A stretch of DNA of 64,000 bases from an uncultured Streptococcus sp. (GCA_963530385.1 CAUSCX010000002.1:13025-77024); one strand, 5' to 3'; positions 21,294-31,227 are shown, counted from the first letter of the stretch. Notes: generated by a model from the letters alone, not told the origin. Numbers and translations: made by a program.

Positions 21294-21630
21294 TCACTTC
21301 CTCCTTCCTTTTTCGATTATGTCTTTCTGCAAATTCACGCATCCGTTCTCTATGCAACAAAAGCGCTTGTCTCTGTCGTTCCTGTTCTACCGCTTGTTGT
21401 TCTTCTACAAACAACTCAGGCGCATACTCCCAGAACTCTAAAACCTTAGCATCCTTGGATAACAATAAGGAAACGTGATTGGATATCATTTGCGAAAGTC
21501 TATAAGAGTCAATAATCTTCTCTTTACGCTCTTGGATCTTGACACGGTTGTAACTTTCAATCATTTCTCGGATTTCAAGCACCGTCAAATCCCAAAAATC
21601 GAGAGGTTTACCTCCAATGTCCAAAAACAT
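21280..21630 (-). CDS. tail assembly chaperone, frameshifted C-terminal part
   Basis: In -1 frame from slippery site at 21729-21735. Confidence 0.8.
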   Translation of the reverse strand: MFLDIGGKPLDFWDLTVLEIREMIESYNRVKIQERKEKIIDSYRLSQMISNHVSLLLSKDAKVLEFWEYAPELFVEEQQAVEQERQRQALLLHRERMREFAERHNRKRKEEVNGNS

Positions 21631-21668
21631 CGGGTAAAGCCTCTCAACAAGCTGCGTTACCGTTAAAA

Positions 21669-22049
21669 TTACTCGACTACTGTCATTTTCTTCTTGGAAG
21701 TTTTCTTGCCCTTGCTTCCTCGTGGAGTAAAACCCGATACTTCAAAAAGTGGCATTAAAACCTCTGTCATGAAGGTCGTTTGGTCTCCACCGTTGTCCAC
21801 GTATTCATCGTACAGATCATAGACATCCTCAAGAGAATACCCATTCTCATATTTCTGCAAAGCTCCGTGAACTAGTAACAACATAACTTTCAAAGGTGGT
21901 AAAGTAAATTCTTCACCAGCCTCAGGCATGAAGATTTTCAGTAAGTTCATACCGATTTTTTCTTCAACTTTTGCTGCTTGATGAGATGAAAGTCGTAGTT
22001 TCAACTCTTTCTCATCGTTAATCTTCCAAATTGAGTAAGGTAACGCCAT
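21669..22049 (-). CDS. tail assembly chaperone
   Basis: Between major tail and tape measure genes. Confidence 0.8.
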   Translation of the reverse strand: MALPYSIWKINDEKELKLRLSSHQAAKVEEKIGMNLLKIFMPEAGEEFTLPPLKVMLLLVHGALQKYENGYSLEDVYDLYDEYVDNGGDQTTFMTEVLMPLFEVSGFTPRGSKGKKTSKKKMTVVE

Positions 22050-22053
22050 TTAA

Positions 22054-22467
22054 TTAACCTCCAATGCCATCGATGAATGTAAGATCGGATTGCAAAGCAA
22101 TCTTCAAAGTGAATTCGATAACAGCATTGACGCCGCCACCTCCAAGCTTAACAGATACTTGACCTTCGAAATTGACCTTAGTACCGTCTGGATAAGCTTG
22201 TTCAAAATATAATTTCTTCTTGCTATCTGCTGCTTTACGCAAAACACGATAAGGAGCATTCGCACTATCATTTTTGTAAGAAAATTTGTATTCTAATTCC
22301 CCTGCATCACCAATACCAAATTCATACTTCTTCACCGTATCTTCCAGGGTAGTATTCTCTACTTTTTCAGGCTCAATACCAAATTCAGGGACTTCTTTCA
22401 ATCCCGCAAGTTTGGTATAAGTTCCTTTTGATTCGCCATAAGAAAGCGTAATTCCGTTTGCTAACAT
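22054..22467 (-). CDS. major tail (tube) protein
   Basis: 137 aa, ENTTLED motif, synteny. Confidence 0.85.
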   Translation of the reverse strand: MLANGITLSYGESKGTYTKLAGLKEVPEFGIEPEKVENTTLEDTVKKYEFGIGDAGELEYKFSYKNDSANAPYRVLRKAADSKKKLYFEQAYPDGTKVNFEGQVSVKLGGGGVNAVIEFTLKIALQSDLTFIDGIGG

Positions 22468-22469
22468 GT

Positions 22470-22838
22470 TTAATTCTCCATTCTAAATTGAAAAACAAGC
22501 TCTGAATCTAAGTCAACGACACCTTCAAAACGCATAACCTTGTGTCTCAAATGAGACGGGTCTGGTACGTCTTGACAGTCCGTTCTTCGTAAACCTAAAG
22601 ATTCAAAAATCTGATTGATTTTAACAGCCAACTCACTAGTACTGGTATCATCAAAGATATCCACTTTATAGCGGATAGAGGATTTTTGTTCCTTGTCATC
22701 AAACCAATCTCCAGGCTTGTTCTGTTCTTCCAAAAAAATAACGACTGGGAAAGTCTCCCAATCGCTAGGGTAAGTATCAGTCACATTATCTGCGACCTTT
22801 TGCAATTCTTTATAAATAACAGGCTTGATATTGATCAT
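22470..22838 (-). CDS. tail terminator / head-tail joining protein
   Basis: Synteny and size. Confidence 0.65.
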   Translation of the reverse strand: MINIKPVIYKELQKVADNVTDTYPSDWETFPVVIFLEEQNKPGDWFDDKEQKSSIRYKVDIFDDTSTSELAVKINQIFESLGLRRTDCQDVPDPSHLRHKVMRFEGVVDLDSELVFQFRMEN

Positions 22839-23347
22839 TTTATTTGTTCTCTTATCTTTCTACGTACATAATTCGAAATACTCTTAGACACACGTTCCTG
22901 ATTATCTCTCAAAGCTGGATAGAGATAAGGCTGGGCAGGTTGACCATACATCTTATAGAACTCACCTAGCTTTTGGAAGTGGTAAGGTCCTACGTCAATT
23001 TGATCTTCATGCACGTACCAAGGACTAGACCGATAAGACACACTAACTTCTGGAGAGATACCAGAATGGCTAGTTTGCCCTTTCGGTCCTGTTCCAAACT
23101 CAACGTAAGGAGCATAATTTAGATTAGTGTATACCTCACCTATGACCTTATCTCCGTCCATTTTTACTCTGGTTTTGATGCTATTTCTAAGTTCTCCATT
23201 GTTGCCTGGTGCTAGTCTCTTCGCATCAGCTTGAACAATGTTTTTAGCTGCATGATGAACAGCTTTCGAAACAATATCTCGTTGTGAAACATCTGACAAC
23301 TTCCTGAACTTAGCTATTAGCCTATCTGCCCCTAGTAGCTCTGACAC
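22835..23347 (-). CDS. HK97 gp10-like tail component
   Basis: YAPYVEFGTG, QPYLYPA motifs. Confidence 0.85.
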   Translation of the reverse strand: MSELLGADRLIAKFRKLSDVSQRDIVSKAVHHAAKNIVQADAKRLAPGNNGELRNSIKTRVKMDGDKVIGEVYTNLNYAPYVEFGTGPKGQTSHSGISPEVSVSYRSSPWYVHEDQIDVGPYHFQKLGEFYKMYGQPAQPYLYPALRDNQERVSKSISNYVRRKIREQIK

Positions 23348-23660
23348 GTTCTAACTCCAATACTTGATGCTGGCTATATACCTTCTTTGAGATAACCCGA
23401 TGTGTGACCTCCGTCTTGCTATCAATACAGACACCGTCTTTCACGTTGATATCTGCATCCTTGGTCGCATTTGCGTTCAAGATATCGTTGACACGCTCGC
23501 CATACAGCTCAGATTGTAGCTTGCTACTAGCTGGCCACAATTCAAGGCGGACTGTCTCAGTTTTCTTGACATATCCTTCTTTTACTACACCTTCCTCAGT
23601 AACAGTCTTTTCAAACCGTCGCATCGGATAAGGTTTCAGTCTATTCTTTTTCAAAAACAT
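23322..23660 (-). CDS. head-tail adaptor
   Basis: Synteny. Confidence 0.65.
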   Translation of the reverse strand: MFLKKNRLKPYPMRRFEKTVTEEGVVKEGYVKKTETVRLELWPASSKLQSELYGERVNDILNANATKDADINVKDGVCIDSKTEVTHRVISKKVYSQHQVLELERVRATRGR

Positions 23661-23952
23661 GACCTGCCACCCTCGCTAACCGATGCATCCGAATACGCTG
23701 TAAAAGGCCCATAGACAGTCCGTTCTCGCCATAGGTGACAGATATACCACCTTCGCTTCTAGATTGCTCTCCTTCGCTTCCTGAACGATTGTATAGCTCG
23801 ATTACGAGTTCAGGTAGTAACCTATCAAGCGCCGGCGTTAGCTTGTCTCGGTTCGTCTCAGATAAAATGATATTTTCAGCTCTTAAAAGCAGAGGTAATA
23901 GGACTGCGCTATCGTTCTCGCCTGTTAATTGTTTTAATTTCTCAAGTCCCAT
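23641..23952 (-). CDS. head-tail connector protein
   Basis: YNRSGSEG...SEGGIS motif. Confidence 0.8.
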   Translation of the reverse strand: MGLEKLKQLTGENDSAVLLPLLLRAENIILSETNRDKLTPALDRLLPELVIELYNRSGSEGEQSRSEGGISVTYGENGLSMGLLQRIRMHRLARVAGHVFEKE

Positions 23953-23960
23953 AAGACCTC

Positions 23961-24164
23961 CTAATCATAAGGAGTCGTCTCGTCTCCTTGTATTTCGGTT
24001 TCGTCAATGATTTCAACTACATCTGCGATATCAACCGAGAACCCTTTCTCGAGATTATGCGACAGTTCGTCAAACCGTTCTTCTGTCATCTCAAAGACCT
24101 CGTTCTCTTGTCGAACTACATTAGCTTGCCAATCATTGAACACTTGCTTGACTCTGACTTTCAT
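23961..24164 (-). CDS. phage hypothetical protein
   Basis: 67 aa ORF after capsid gene. Confidence 0.65.
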   Translation of the reverse strand: MKVRVKQVFNDWQANVVRQENEVFEMTEERFDELSHNLEKGFSVDIADVVEIIDETEIQGDETTPYD

Positions 24165-24174
24165 AGGTCAGACC

Positions 24175-25029
24175 TTATTTCTTGATTTCAGCAAGTACGA
24201 CCTTAGAATCGTCTGAAACGGCCACTGTATAGAACTCGTCAATCGAGATTTCAGTAGAGCGTTTCAATGACTTACGATCTACTTCAACGTTTGGATCACG
24301 TTTAAGGTAAATAGTCAATGCTGCAGTGTCTTTCTCAGTTTCGTCATCATGAGTAAGTTTGATGATTGGACAAGTGAAGAATGCGCTTGTTGAATCAAGT
24401 GTAACTTTCTTAGTAGCAACGATACGTGTGTTGGCAATCATACCGATTTCACCAGTCATTACAACATTATTTGGATATTTATCTGCTGAGATGAAGTTAG
24501 GATCTTTACGCAAAGTTGTTACTTGTTTTGGATTTACAAACATTACTTTTTCAGTGTTAACTTCTTCTTCAAACAAATCAATAGCATCTACGATTACATC
24601 ATAGCTGATTGTTTTAGTTTTAGAGTCATACTTACGAGTATTTGTTTTCAAAAGTGCATCCATTGCATCGTTATCGATTTTAGATGCGATTGAAAGTGCA
24701 AGTTGGTTTTCAGCGTTACCAACTGGATCACCATAACCAGAAAGAACAGCTTCATCTGTCAATTCAACAGCTTTCATAGCCTTCTTGATTGTGGCAGTCT
24801 TAGTAGATGTGCCAAGGACTACAACACCAGCTTCAACGCCTTCGTTCACGTCTTCAGCATCACCGATATAAGTGTAAGATGGTACTGTGATTGTGTTTCC
24901 TGGCACGCCTTCAAGCGTACGGTCGATCGCTGCAAATGGAATTACTTGCAATTTCTTTGGTAGTTTAGCTGCAATCATATCTCCCATTACCTCAGGGTTT
25001 ACGAGATTTGCAATTTTAGTTTGTGTCAT
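24175..25029 (-). CDS. major capsid protein
   Basis: 284 aa, PGNTITVPSY..IGDAED motif; strong RBS. Confidence 0.9.
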   Translation of the reverse strand: MTQTKIANLVNPEVMGDMIAAKLPKKLQVIPFAAIDRTLEGVPGNTITVPSYTYIGDAEDVNEGVEAGVVVLGTSTKTATIKKAMKAVELTDEAVLSGYGDPVGNAENQLALSIASKIDNDAMDALLKTNTRKYDSKTKTISYDVIVDAIDLFEEEVNTEKVMFVNPKQVTTLRKDPNFISADKYPNNVVMTGEIGMIANTRIVATKKVTLDSTSAFFTCPIIKLTHDDETEKDTAALTIYLKRDPNVEVDRKSLKRSTEISIDEFYTVAVSDDSKVVLAEIKK

Positions 25030-25051
25030 GTTTTAAATTCCCCTTTTTAAA

Positions 25052-25636
25052 TTAATTCAAAAACGAGTTATACAATTCAGGGTTTGACTGTTTCAATGCA
25101 GCCTTCTCTGAATGACTCATTTGGAAAAATTGAGCTCTTGACAGCCCTGTTGATTGTTGTGGCGCAGTCTTGATAGGTGCGCTACCCTTCATGCGTTCGG
25201 ATACACCTTTCTGAACTGCATCCTCCCATGTTTTCTGAATGCTTGCGACTGATTCAGTCACGGCTTCAGCGTTTGACAAATCAACCACGGTTACTAATTC
25301 AACTGGTAAGCCACGTTCGCTTAGCATTGCCTTAGCTTCTGCGGTCAATTCCTTACGAGCAATCGCCTGTTCACGATTAGCTAGTTCTTGCTCACGCTGA
25401 TCCAACTGATATTTCTGTTTTTCGTCAGCGTTCATCTTGGCAAGTTTTTTAGCTTCGTCTTCTTTGGCTTCTTGCTCTGCTTCCCATTTAGAGCGCTCGG
25501 CAGATAGCATCTTGCCGATTTCAGCACGAGTGAAAGTTCGTTCGTGCTTTTCTTCTTGCACTGTATCAACATTTCCTTGAGTGTCGACAGTCTCAGTTGA
25601 TTCAGTAGATACAGTTGCATTGATTTCTTCTGACAT
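25052..25636 (-). CDS. capsid scaffolding protein (DUF4355-like)
   Basis: TFTRAE, coiled coil, upstream of capsid gene. Confidence 0.85.
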   Translation of the reverse strand: MSEEINATVSTESTETVDTQGNVDTVQEEKHERTFTRAEIGKMLSAERSKWEAEQEAKEDEAKKLAKMNADEKQKYQLDQREQELANREQAIARKELTAEAKAMLSERGLPVELVTVVDLSNAEAVTESVASIQKTWEDAVQKGVSERMKGSAPIKTAPQQSTGLSRAQFFQMSHSEKAALKQSNPELYNSFLN

Positions 25637-25817
25637 AATTGTCCTCCAGCGATTACGTCGCCACTCGATAATCTCGCTTTACGTCCGGCGACGGAACAAT
25701 ACAGCTTTTAATGTCATCGGTACAGTTTGGACAATATAAAAACCGTACGGGATTCCATACGGTTAAGTAACAATATTAAGCAGCAGTCTATTCCTGCCAG
25801 TCAAGATGTCGGATCAC

Positions 25818-25934
25818 CTACTTTCTGTTTTTAATCTCTTTGTTTAAGTTTTTCATAAACAAAAAGATAAAAGATACCAGCAATAAGAATACCAACCACC
25901 CGAAAGCGATTGCTATCCATTCCCAAATGAACAT
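25818..25934 (-). CDS. 38-aa membrane peptide
   Basis: AGAAAGGAG RBS; MFIWEWIAIAFGWLVFLLLVSFIFLFMKNLNKEIKNRK. Confidence 0.7.
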   Translation of the reverse strand: MFIWEWIAIAFGWLVFLLLVSFIFLFMKNLNKEIKNRK

Positions 25935-25958
25935 GTTTTACTCCTTTCTTAGTTATAA

Positions 25959-26207
25959 TCAATCAACTTCATACGATAATGAAGAAATGTCGGTTAATAT
26001 TTTAGGTAGTAACTCAATCGCAGTGAATGTATTCGTTCCACGAATATTTAACTCTAATTTCACTGTCGCTGATTCAATTCCACCTGATCCTAAAAATTCT
26101 ACGTTAGTTATCCCAATTTTTGCTGTATCCATCTTCAATCCTTCCCGAGCACGAAAAAAGCACTTAGATTTCTCTAGGTGCTTTGGTACGTTATACTGCA
26201 TAATCAA
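25959..26207 (-). CDS. phage hypothetical protein (start uncertain)
   Basis: ORF on late strand; internal MDTAK start plausible. Confidence 0.5.
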   Translation of the reverse strand: MIMQYNVPKHLEKSKCFFRAREGLKMDTAKIGITNVEFLGSGGIESATVKLELNIRGTNTFTAIELLPKILTDISSLSYEVD

Positions 26208-26376
26208 AACCGATTTTTAATTTAATAGTGTCAAATAAATCTAAAATAGACTTAGGAGTGTTCTTCTTAAAAGATACACGAGGCATATCTTTGTCTGGAT
26301 AAACTTGGTCAACCCATTCATCGATTTGATTATAAAAAATTAACAACTCTTTACTTGGGACAGCCATTACTTCCAT
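26191..26376 (-). CDS. small protein downstream of MuF, candidate immunity
   Basis: GGAGG RBS, overlaps MuF stop. Confidence 0.65.
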   Translation of the reverse strand: MEVMAVPSKELLIFYNQIDEWVDQVYPDKDMPRVSFKKNTPKSILDLFDTIKLKIGFDYAV

Positions 26377-28073
26377 TTCAATACCTCCTTCACTTTTTTC
26401 AACAACACTTTATCAGTTACGTTGTCACCTATTACTCCGATTTCTGCTACAAACTCATTGATATTATTATGATACAAAAATGCATTATAAGCATTCAAAC
26501 TAATATCTTTCAGGTAGCTACGATCGATAGATTGCTGTTGTTTGACATATGTAATTAGCCCTGAATTTAATTCCATCATTGCTTGTTCAATACTATTATA
26601 ACGCTTTTTATTTGCTTTGTAAAACGCTTTTGCAGAATCCCAATGTTGTTTATGAGTCAACTCATGAACTATTGCATCTTTAATGTCTTTTGCAGCAAAG
26701 AACCCATCTGACAAAATATCTTTAAATTCTTTTTCTGAATGAAAAGTGTCGCTCACAAATAAAATATCTTGTTTATAGTCATATCCTGCTAAACCAGGTA
26801 ATCTTGATTTTTTTAAGAAAACAACTGTCGGTTTTGAATAGTCAGGCAATTCATGGAAAACTCCTTGGACATTTGCTACAGCATCTCTAATTTTCTTAGT
26901 ACGATCCTGAGTCCAAAAATCAAACTCTGTTCCGATAAATTCCTTTGCATTCACTCGAATATCATCCCCGACAACGAAAGAACGCTGTTTTGCCATTAAA
27001 TCAATTGAACTCATATCCTGATTATACACCTTTTCCCCGTCTTTAGCAACGTACCTAGAATACCAGTCTTTATAACTCATATCAGCAGGTATGTACTCGA
27101 CTTTGCCTGTTTCGGGATTTCTAGCCCTGCGTTCCAGCTTGCTGTAGTCTATATCTTCATCATGCGCGATAGTCGTAGACCTACACCATGGATGTAAAGG
27201 TGGATAGTTCACACCAGGAACAGCCTTGTCCGTATCGTAGACCTTGTTATCGTGTTCTTGACAAATATGTGACGTGCGCCTGTCCAATACTGCTATGAAG
27301 CGATACTTTGTAATCTCAGCATCTTCGTAGCTGAGCAGTTCCATCTGGTTATGAAAAAAGGCTGATTCTGTTCGAACCAAACGCCTAGCTTTATTTTGAC
27401 CAACCTCAAAACGTTCAGCGATTGCTCGAGATGTATCTCTTACGCTTCGACCAGTCATTAGACTCACTAGGAGCTCGTCTTTCACGCTTGAAGCGAGCGC
27501 CCCAGTATTTGACCATATTCTGTCCGAATAAGCCTCTCCTGTCCACTTTAGATCTTGTAGACGCTTGATTTCAGTTTCAGGGAGATTAGAGAAACTATAA
27601 GCTAGTCCTGTCTGCTGTTGCAAGTCAAAGGTAGCCTTGTAGTAGCTATCCTTCATCAGGTCGCTGTAAAAGACATCTGAGCTTGATTTCTCAGAATGAT
27701 AGATAGATTCACGTATACGGTCTAAATCGTCGCTCAAACGCTCTAAACGCTTCATGCGATAAGCATAAGCTGGACTATCTAAATCAGCGAGCAATCGTTG
27801 GATATTCGGGTTATTCGGTCTAGCTTCGAGAGCCTTACGAAGTTTATTCAGGTCCTTTTGGTCCTTCATGCTCTTCAAGACATGACGAGCATCACGCTCA
27901 CTCAAGCCATAATCACGTTGAAATTTGTCAAAGACCTTATTGATTTTCTTGTCTAGATAGGCTTTAGATTGCTTATAAATCTCGTCAAACTTGTCTGCTT
28001 GCTTCTCAGCCTTATCCATCTGCTCATAGATGAGATTAGCTTTCCTCTTGGTCCAGTAGTCCTTGTTCTTCAT
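26367..28073 (-). CDS. minor head protein MuF/gp7 with C-terminal HExxH extension
   Basis: PPLHPWCRS MuF motif; about 220 aa tail containing IVHELTH. Confidence 0.9.
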   Translation of the reverse strand: MKNKDYWTKRKANLIYEQMDKAEKQADKFDEIYKQSKAYLDKKINKVFDKFQRDYGLSERDARHVLKSMKDQKDLNKLRKALEARPNNPNIQRLLADLDSPAYAYRMKRLERLSDDLDRIRESIYHSEKSSSDVFYSDLMKDSYYKATFDLQQQTGLAYSFSNLPETEIKRLQDLKWTGEAYSDRIWSNTGALASSVKDELLVSLMTGRSVRDTSRAIAERFEVGQNKARRLVRTESAFFHNQMELLSYEDAEITKYRFIAVLDRRTSHICQEHDNKVYDTDKAVPGVNYPPLHPWCRSTTIAHDEDIDYSKLERRARNPETGKVEYIPADMSYKDWYSRYVAKDGEKVYNQDMSSIDLMAKQRSFVVGDDIRVNAKEFIGTEFDFWTQDRTKKIRDAVANVQGVFHELPDYSKPTVVFLKKSRLPGLAGYDYKQDILFVSDTFHSEKEFKDILSDGFFAAKDIKDAIVHELTHKQHWDSAKAFYKANKKRYNSIEQAMMELNSGLITYVKQQQSIDRSYLKDISLNAYNAFLYHNNINEFVAEIGVIGDNVTDKVLLKKVKEVLKWK

Positions 28074-29454
28074 CTGCTACCTCATCGTCTGGCTTCGTGT
28101 TAGCCTGGTTAAAGAATGACACATGTTCCATGTTCTTCTCTTTCTCTTTCTCTTCCTCGAGTTCTTCCAACTCTGCGTCAGGATCTTCAACGAATGGTAA
28201 GAGAGAAATAAGCTGACGAAGCGAGACCTTGCCTTCAAGATTATTGATAATCTGTGACAATTCAAGTAAGTTCTTAGGTAATCCACGGCTGAACTGTGGC
28301 ACGATTGAGTGCGCCTCAAGAGCGATTTGTTGCATACCCAAGTAGTGCGCGAAGATACTGATACGTTGACGGATACCACGCTTGTAATTCGCTTCTTTTG
28401 TCTTAGTAATCATCTCAAGACCTAGCAGCTTGAATTCCATAGCTACACCCGAGCTATTCCCTGCAAAGTTTTCATCTGTCAGATTTGGCACATGGCTAAA
28501 TGTGTAGATGTCTTCCTTCAAGGCTTTGCGCAAGATTTCAGTAGCGTTCTCGTCCAGGGCATTCTTTAAGAAATCGGCCTTAGCATCTGTCGGTAATTCC
28601 AAAAGACCTTCTTCAGCAAGGATACTCATTGCCTCTCTGGCATCTTCCAGGTTGTCAGCTAACTGAGCACCGTACAATACGAGAATAGACTCGACTGCTT
28701 GTTCTTTGTCATTTACACGATTGCCCATCAGTGAGTTGTAAGCATCAATCAAGCTAATCTGTTGCTCGTAATCACCAATAGCGAAGTGATTGTTTCGGTA
28801 TTCAATGATTGGAACCTGGCCAAGATTGTGAGGTTCTACTTGCTCGTTTTGTGTTGTCCCTGTGCTTGAATCACGCAGCACAATGTGGTAATGCAGATTT
28901 TGAGTAAAGACCTCTGCTTGATACTTAGTAGCATCTTTCGTGTCATCTTTAATTTCGTAGTAGTAGACTGCAAACAAAGCCTTGCGTTCAATACTGTCAT
29001 CGTATACAAGAAATACATTCTCAGGATCTACGCTAGTAGAATCGAGTTCAGTCAGTCCTTCTTTTGCATAGATGTACTCGTAAGCACGTCCGTAGATAGA
29101 CATGTTCAAAGCGTTCTGCGCATCTACCTGGTCTATTTCAGCACCGTCAAAAGCTGCAAGCAAGGGTCCAAGGTCACCTTCTGCAGTGTTGTTGTATTTA
29201 ATAGCATTGCCCATAAAGTAACCTGTGGCCGTGTCTGCAATGTCCTTAGCGTGATTGGCTACTGTTTTAAAGTTTGGAGCGTTCTTGTTTCGTCTCTCAT
29301 GTTGTAAAATAGCATGTTCACCCATGTAGTAGCTTTTAAGTTTCTCCAAGCGCTGGCGTTCTTGTGCGTGCTTCTGGATCAGCTTGTAAATCAATTCCTT
29401 ATTCAAAGCTGTTTCATCGTATCCATCTCGTGGATAGGTTAAAATCTGATACAT
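28036..29454 (-). CDS. portal protein (SPP1 gp6-like)
   Basis: 472 aa, FAGNSSGVAM motif, after terminase. Confidence 0.9.
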   Translation of the reverse strand: MYQILTYPRDGYDETALNKELIYKLIQKHAQERQRLEKLKSYYMGEHAILQHERRNKNAPNFKTVANHAKDIADTATGYFMGNAIKYNNTAEGDLGPLLAAFDGAEIDQVDAQNALNMSIYGRAYEYIYAKEGLTELDSTSVDPENVFLVYDDSIERKALFAVYYYEIKDDTKDATKYQAEVFTQNLHYHIVLRDSSTGTTQNEQVEPHNLGQVPIIEYRNNHFAIGDYEQQISLIDAYNSLMGNRVNDKEQAVESILVLYGAQLADNLEDAREAMSILAEEGLLELPTDAKADFLKNALDENATEILRKALKEDIYTFSHVPNLTDENFAGNSSGVAMEFKLLGLEMITKTKEANYKRGIRQRISIFAHYLGMQQIALEAHSIVPQFSRGLPKNLLELSQIINNLEGKVSLRQLISLLPFVEDPDAELEELEEEKEKEKNMEHVSFFNQANTKPDDEVADEEQGLLDQEES

Positions 29455-29465
29455 TTAATTCCTCT

Positions 29466-30764
29466 CTATAAACCAAAGTCTGAACGTCTACGTACAGTAG
29501 CTTTGACACCTTCGATACATTGAAGGCTATATCGTAGTGCGTCCATCAAGTGGTTGTTCTTATCTTCCGGCTTGTTTAACCAATTGCCTTCTTTATCACG
29601 TTGATAACAATAACTATAAAATTCATCCATGATATGTTCACAGCTTGGATGCACATAAATAGCGTATCCTTGTAGTTTGGACACGCCTGCCATGATACTA
29701 TCCTTTCCTTTCCTACTCTCTTTGATTCGAGATATGCCATGTTCTGACCTAAGTTCTTCAATCAGCCGTGACTCTGCACTATCTGCGATGATTGTCGAGC
29801 GATGATAACCTTTATCCTTTATCATCTTAGCGACCTCTTTAGTTATCAGGCCGACTCTATACGCTTCATCGAAGATGTGTATCTCTTTTGTTGTATCGTT
29901 TATTAAAGAGCAACACAAAGCAGTTGGATCGTGAGTAAAACCAAAGTCAAGTCCTATGCACAACTTGTTATCAGGATTTTGAAGAAGCTCATCTTTGTCA
30001 AAGTCTTTAATACTCACATTGTTGTAAATCAGGCCTTCAGCCACGCCCCACTCACCATCACAGACGATTCTAGCCCGTCTAGGGTTCGTTTGGTACAAAT
30101 CCTCATATCGTTTGATATCGACTTCGTCCAGCCACTCGTTGCATCGATAGGTGGTCGTGAGCGATAGCGTATCAGCACGTCTCGTCTCTTCGTCAAAGAA
30201 GACGCGCTTGAGCCAATGCCTCTCGTTCCACGGGTTAAACGTGACCGTAATTTGTTTAAAGAAATCAGGTACATCTAAGCTACCACGGATAGACTCAACT
30301 ACTGTACTGAACTTGTCTTCAGTCTCAATTTGATACGCCTCTTCGAACCATGCCCAGCATAAGATGCCTACATCAACCGTGATAGATGTGATTTTAAGTT
30401 CATCATCCAAACCACGGAAGAGAATCTTCTGCCCTGTTTCTTTAACAGTTATTTCAGGCAAAGACTCGTTGAATTTAAACTTCTGAGCGACTTTCAGTTG
30501 GTTAGCTGCCCACTTGAAATCCGTGTAGGTGGATTGCTTATTTGTGTTCGAGTATCTGCGTACTACAAGTAAGTTCGCCCAGGGATATTTCAAAATACGT
30601 GTGATGAAGTTAAGAGCCGTAGTCTTTGACTTCTTCGAACCACGAGATCCTTTTACTACTCGATAGAGATTTCTCGAGCGCCAGAACTGGCCGTATCCAC
30701 TACCCACTATCTTAGGCAAGTCAACAACAATATCGTTCTGTTTAATCTGGTATGTCTGACTCAT
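29466..30764 (-). CDS. terminase large subunit (PBSX family)
   Basis: GSRGSKKS, WFEEA, GLDFGF, NHLMDALRY. Confidence 0.95.
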   Translation of the reverse strand: MSQTYQIKQNDIVVDLPKIVGSGYGQFWRSRNLYRVVKGSRGSKKSKTTALNFITRILKYPWANLLVVRRYSNTNKQSTYTDFKWAANQLKVAQKFKFNESLPEITVKETGQKILFRGLDDELKITSITVDVGILCWAWFEEAYQIETEDKFSTVVESIRGSLDVPDFFKQITVTFNPWNERHWLKRVFFDEETRRADTLSLTTTYRCNEWLDEVDIKRYEDLYQTNPRRARIVCDGEWGVAEGLIYNNVSIKDFDKDELLQNPDNKLCIGLDFGFTHDPTALCCSLINDTTKEIHIFDEAYRVGLITKEVAKMIKDKGYHRSTIIADSAESRLIEELRSEHGISRIKESRKGKDSIMAGVSKLQGYAIYVHPSCEHIMDEFYSYCYQRDKEGNWLNKPEDKNNHLMDALRYSLQCIEGVKATVRRRSDFGL

Positions 30765-31173
30765 TCGCAAACACCACCGTTCCAGAAACATCAGCCTCTA
30801 CCTTGTCTGTCCAAAGCCTATGACGTTTTCCTAATAGTTCAGCTGCCTTGATTCTATCCTTCGCTCCGACATCGATATCTGTAATCGTCTGGCCTAATTC
30901 TCCAATACTAATCAAGGTTTGTTCTTGCGTTTCTCCTCGCATGACTGAAGTTAGGTAAGTGAGCACCTCTTCCTGCGTTGCAATCTTCTCAGACGCAAAC
31001 TGAGCCAGTCTTTCGTCGATATAAGATTTGATTGTAGTATTTTGTAGTAACTTAGATGCGTTTGTATTAGCATATTTAGAGCTATACCCTGCCTTAATAG
31101 CTGCATCTGTCGCATTTCCGCTGATGATGTACTCGTCAGCGAATCTCTGTTGTTTTAAAGTTAATTTAGCGAT
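30742..31173 (-). CDS. terminase small subunit, probable ATC start
   Basis: Frame open to ATC at 31173 (KLTLKQQRFADEY...NAT..AIKAGYS); DRIKAAELLGK. Confidence 0.85.
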   Translation of the reverse strand: MAKLTLKQQRFADEYIISGNATDAAIKAGYSSKYANTNASKLLQNTTIKSYIDERLAQFASEKIATQEEVLTYLTSVMRGETQEQTLISIGELGQTITDIDVGAKDRIKAAELLGKRHRLWTDKVEADVSGTVVFANESDIPD

Positions 31174-31197
31174 TTTCCATCACCTCCATTTTTACAA

Positions 31198-31223
31198 AAT
31201 AAAAAGCCACTCTTTGAGTGACT
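31198..31223 (-). terminator. terminator-like hairpin upstream of terS
   Basis: AGTCACTC-AAA-GAGTGGCT then T tract. Confidence 0.6.
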
Positions 31224-31227
31224 GTAT

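Noticed and set aside
30742..31180. terS and helicase as pseudogenes
   Set aside because: Both frames are otherwise intact and share the same SD-to-ATC spacing; non-canonical initiation is the simpler reading, though not proven.
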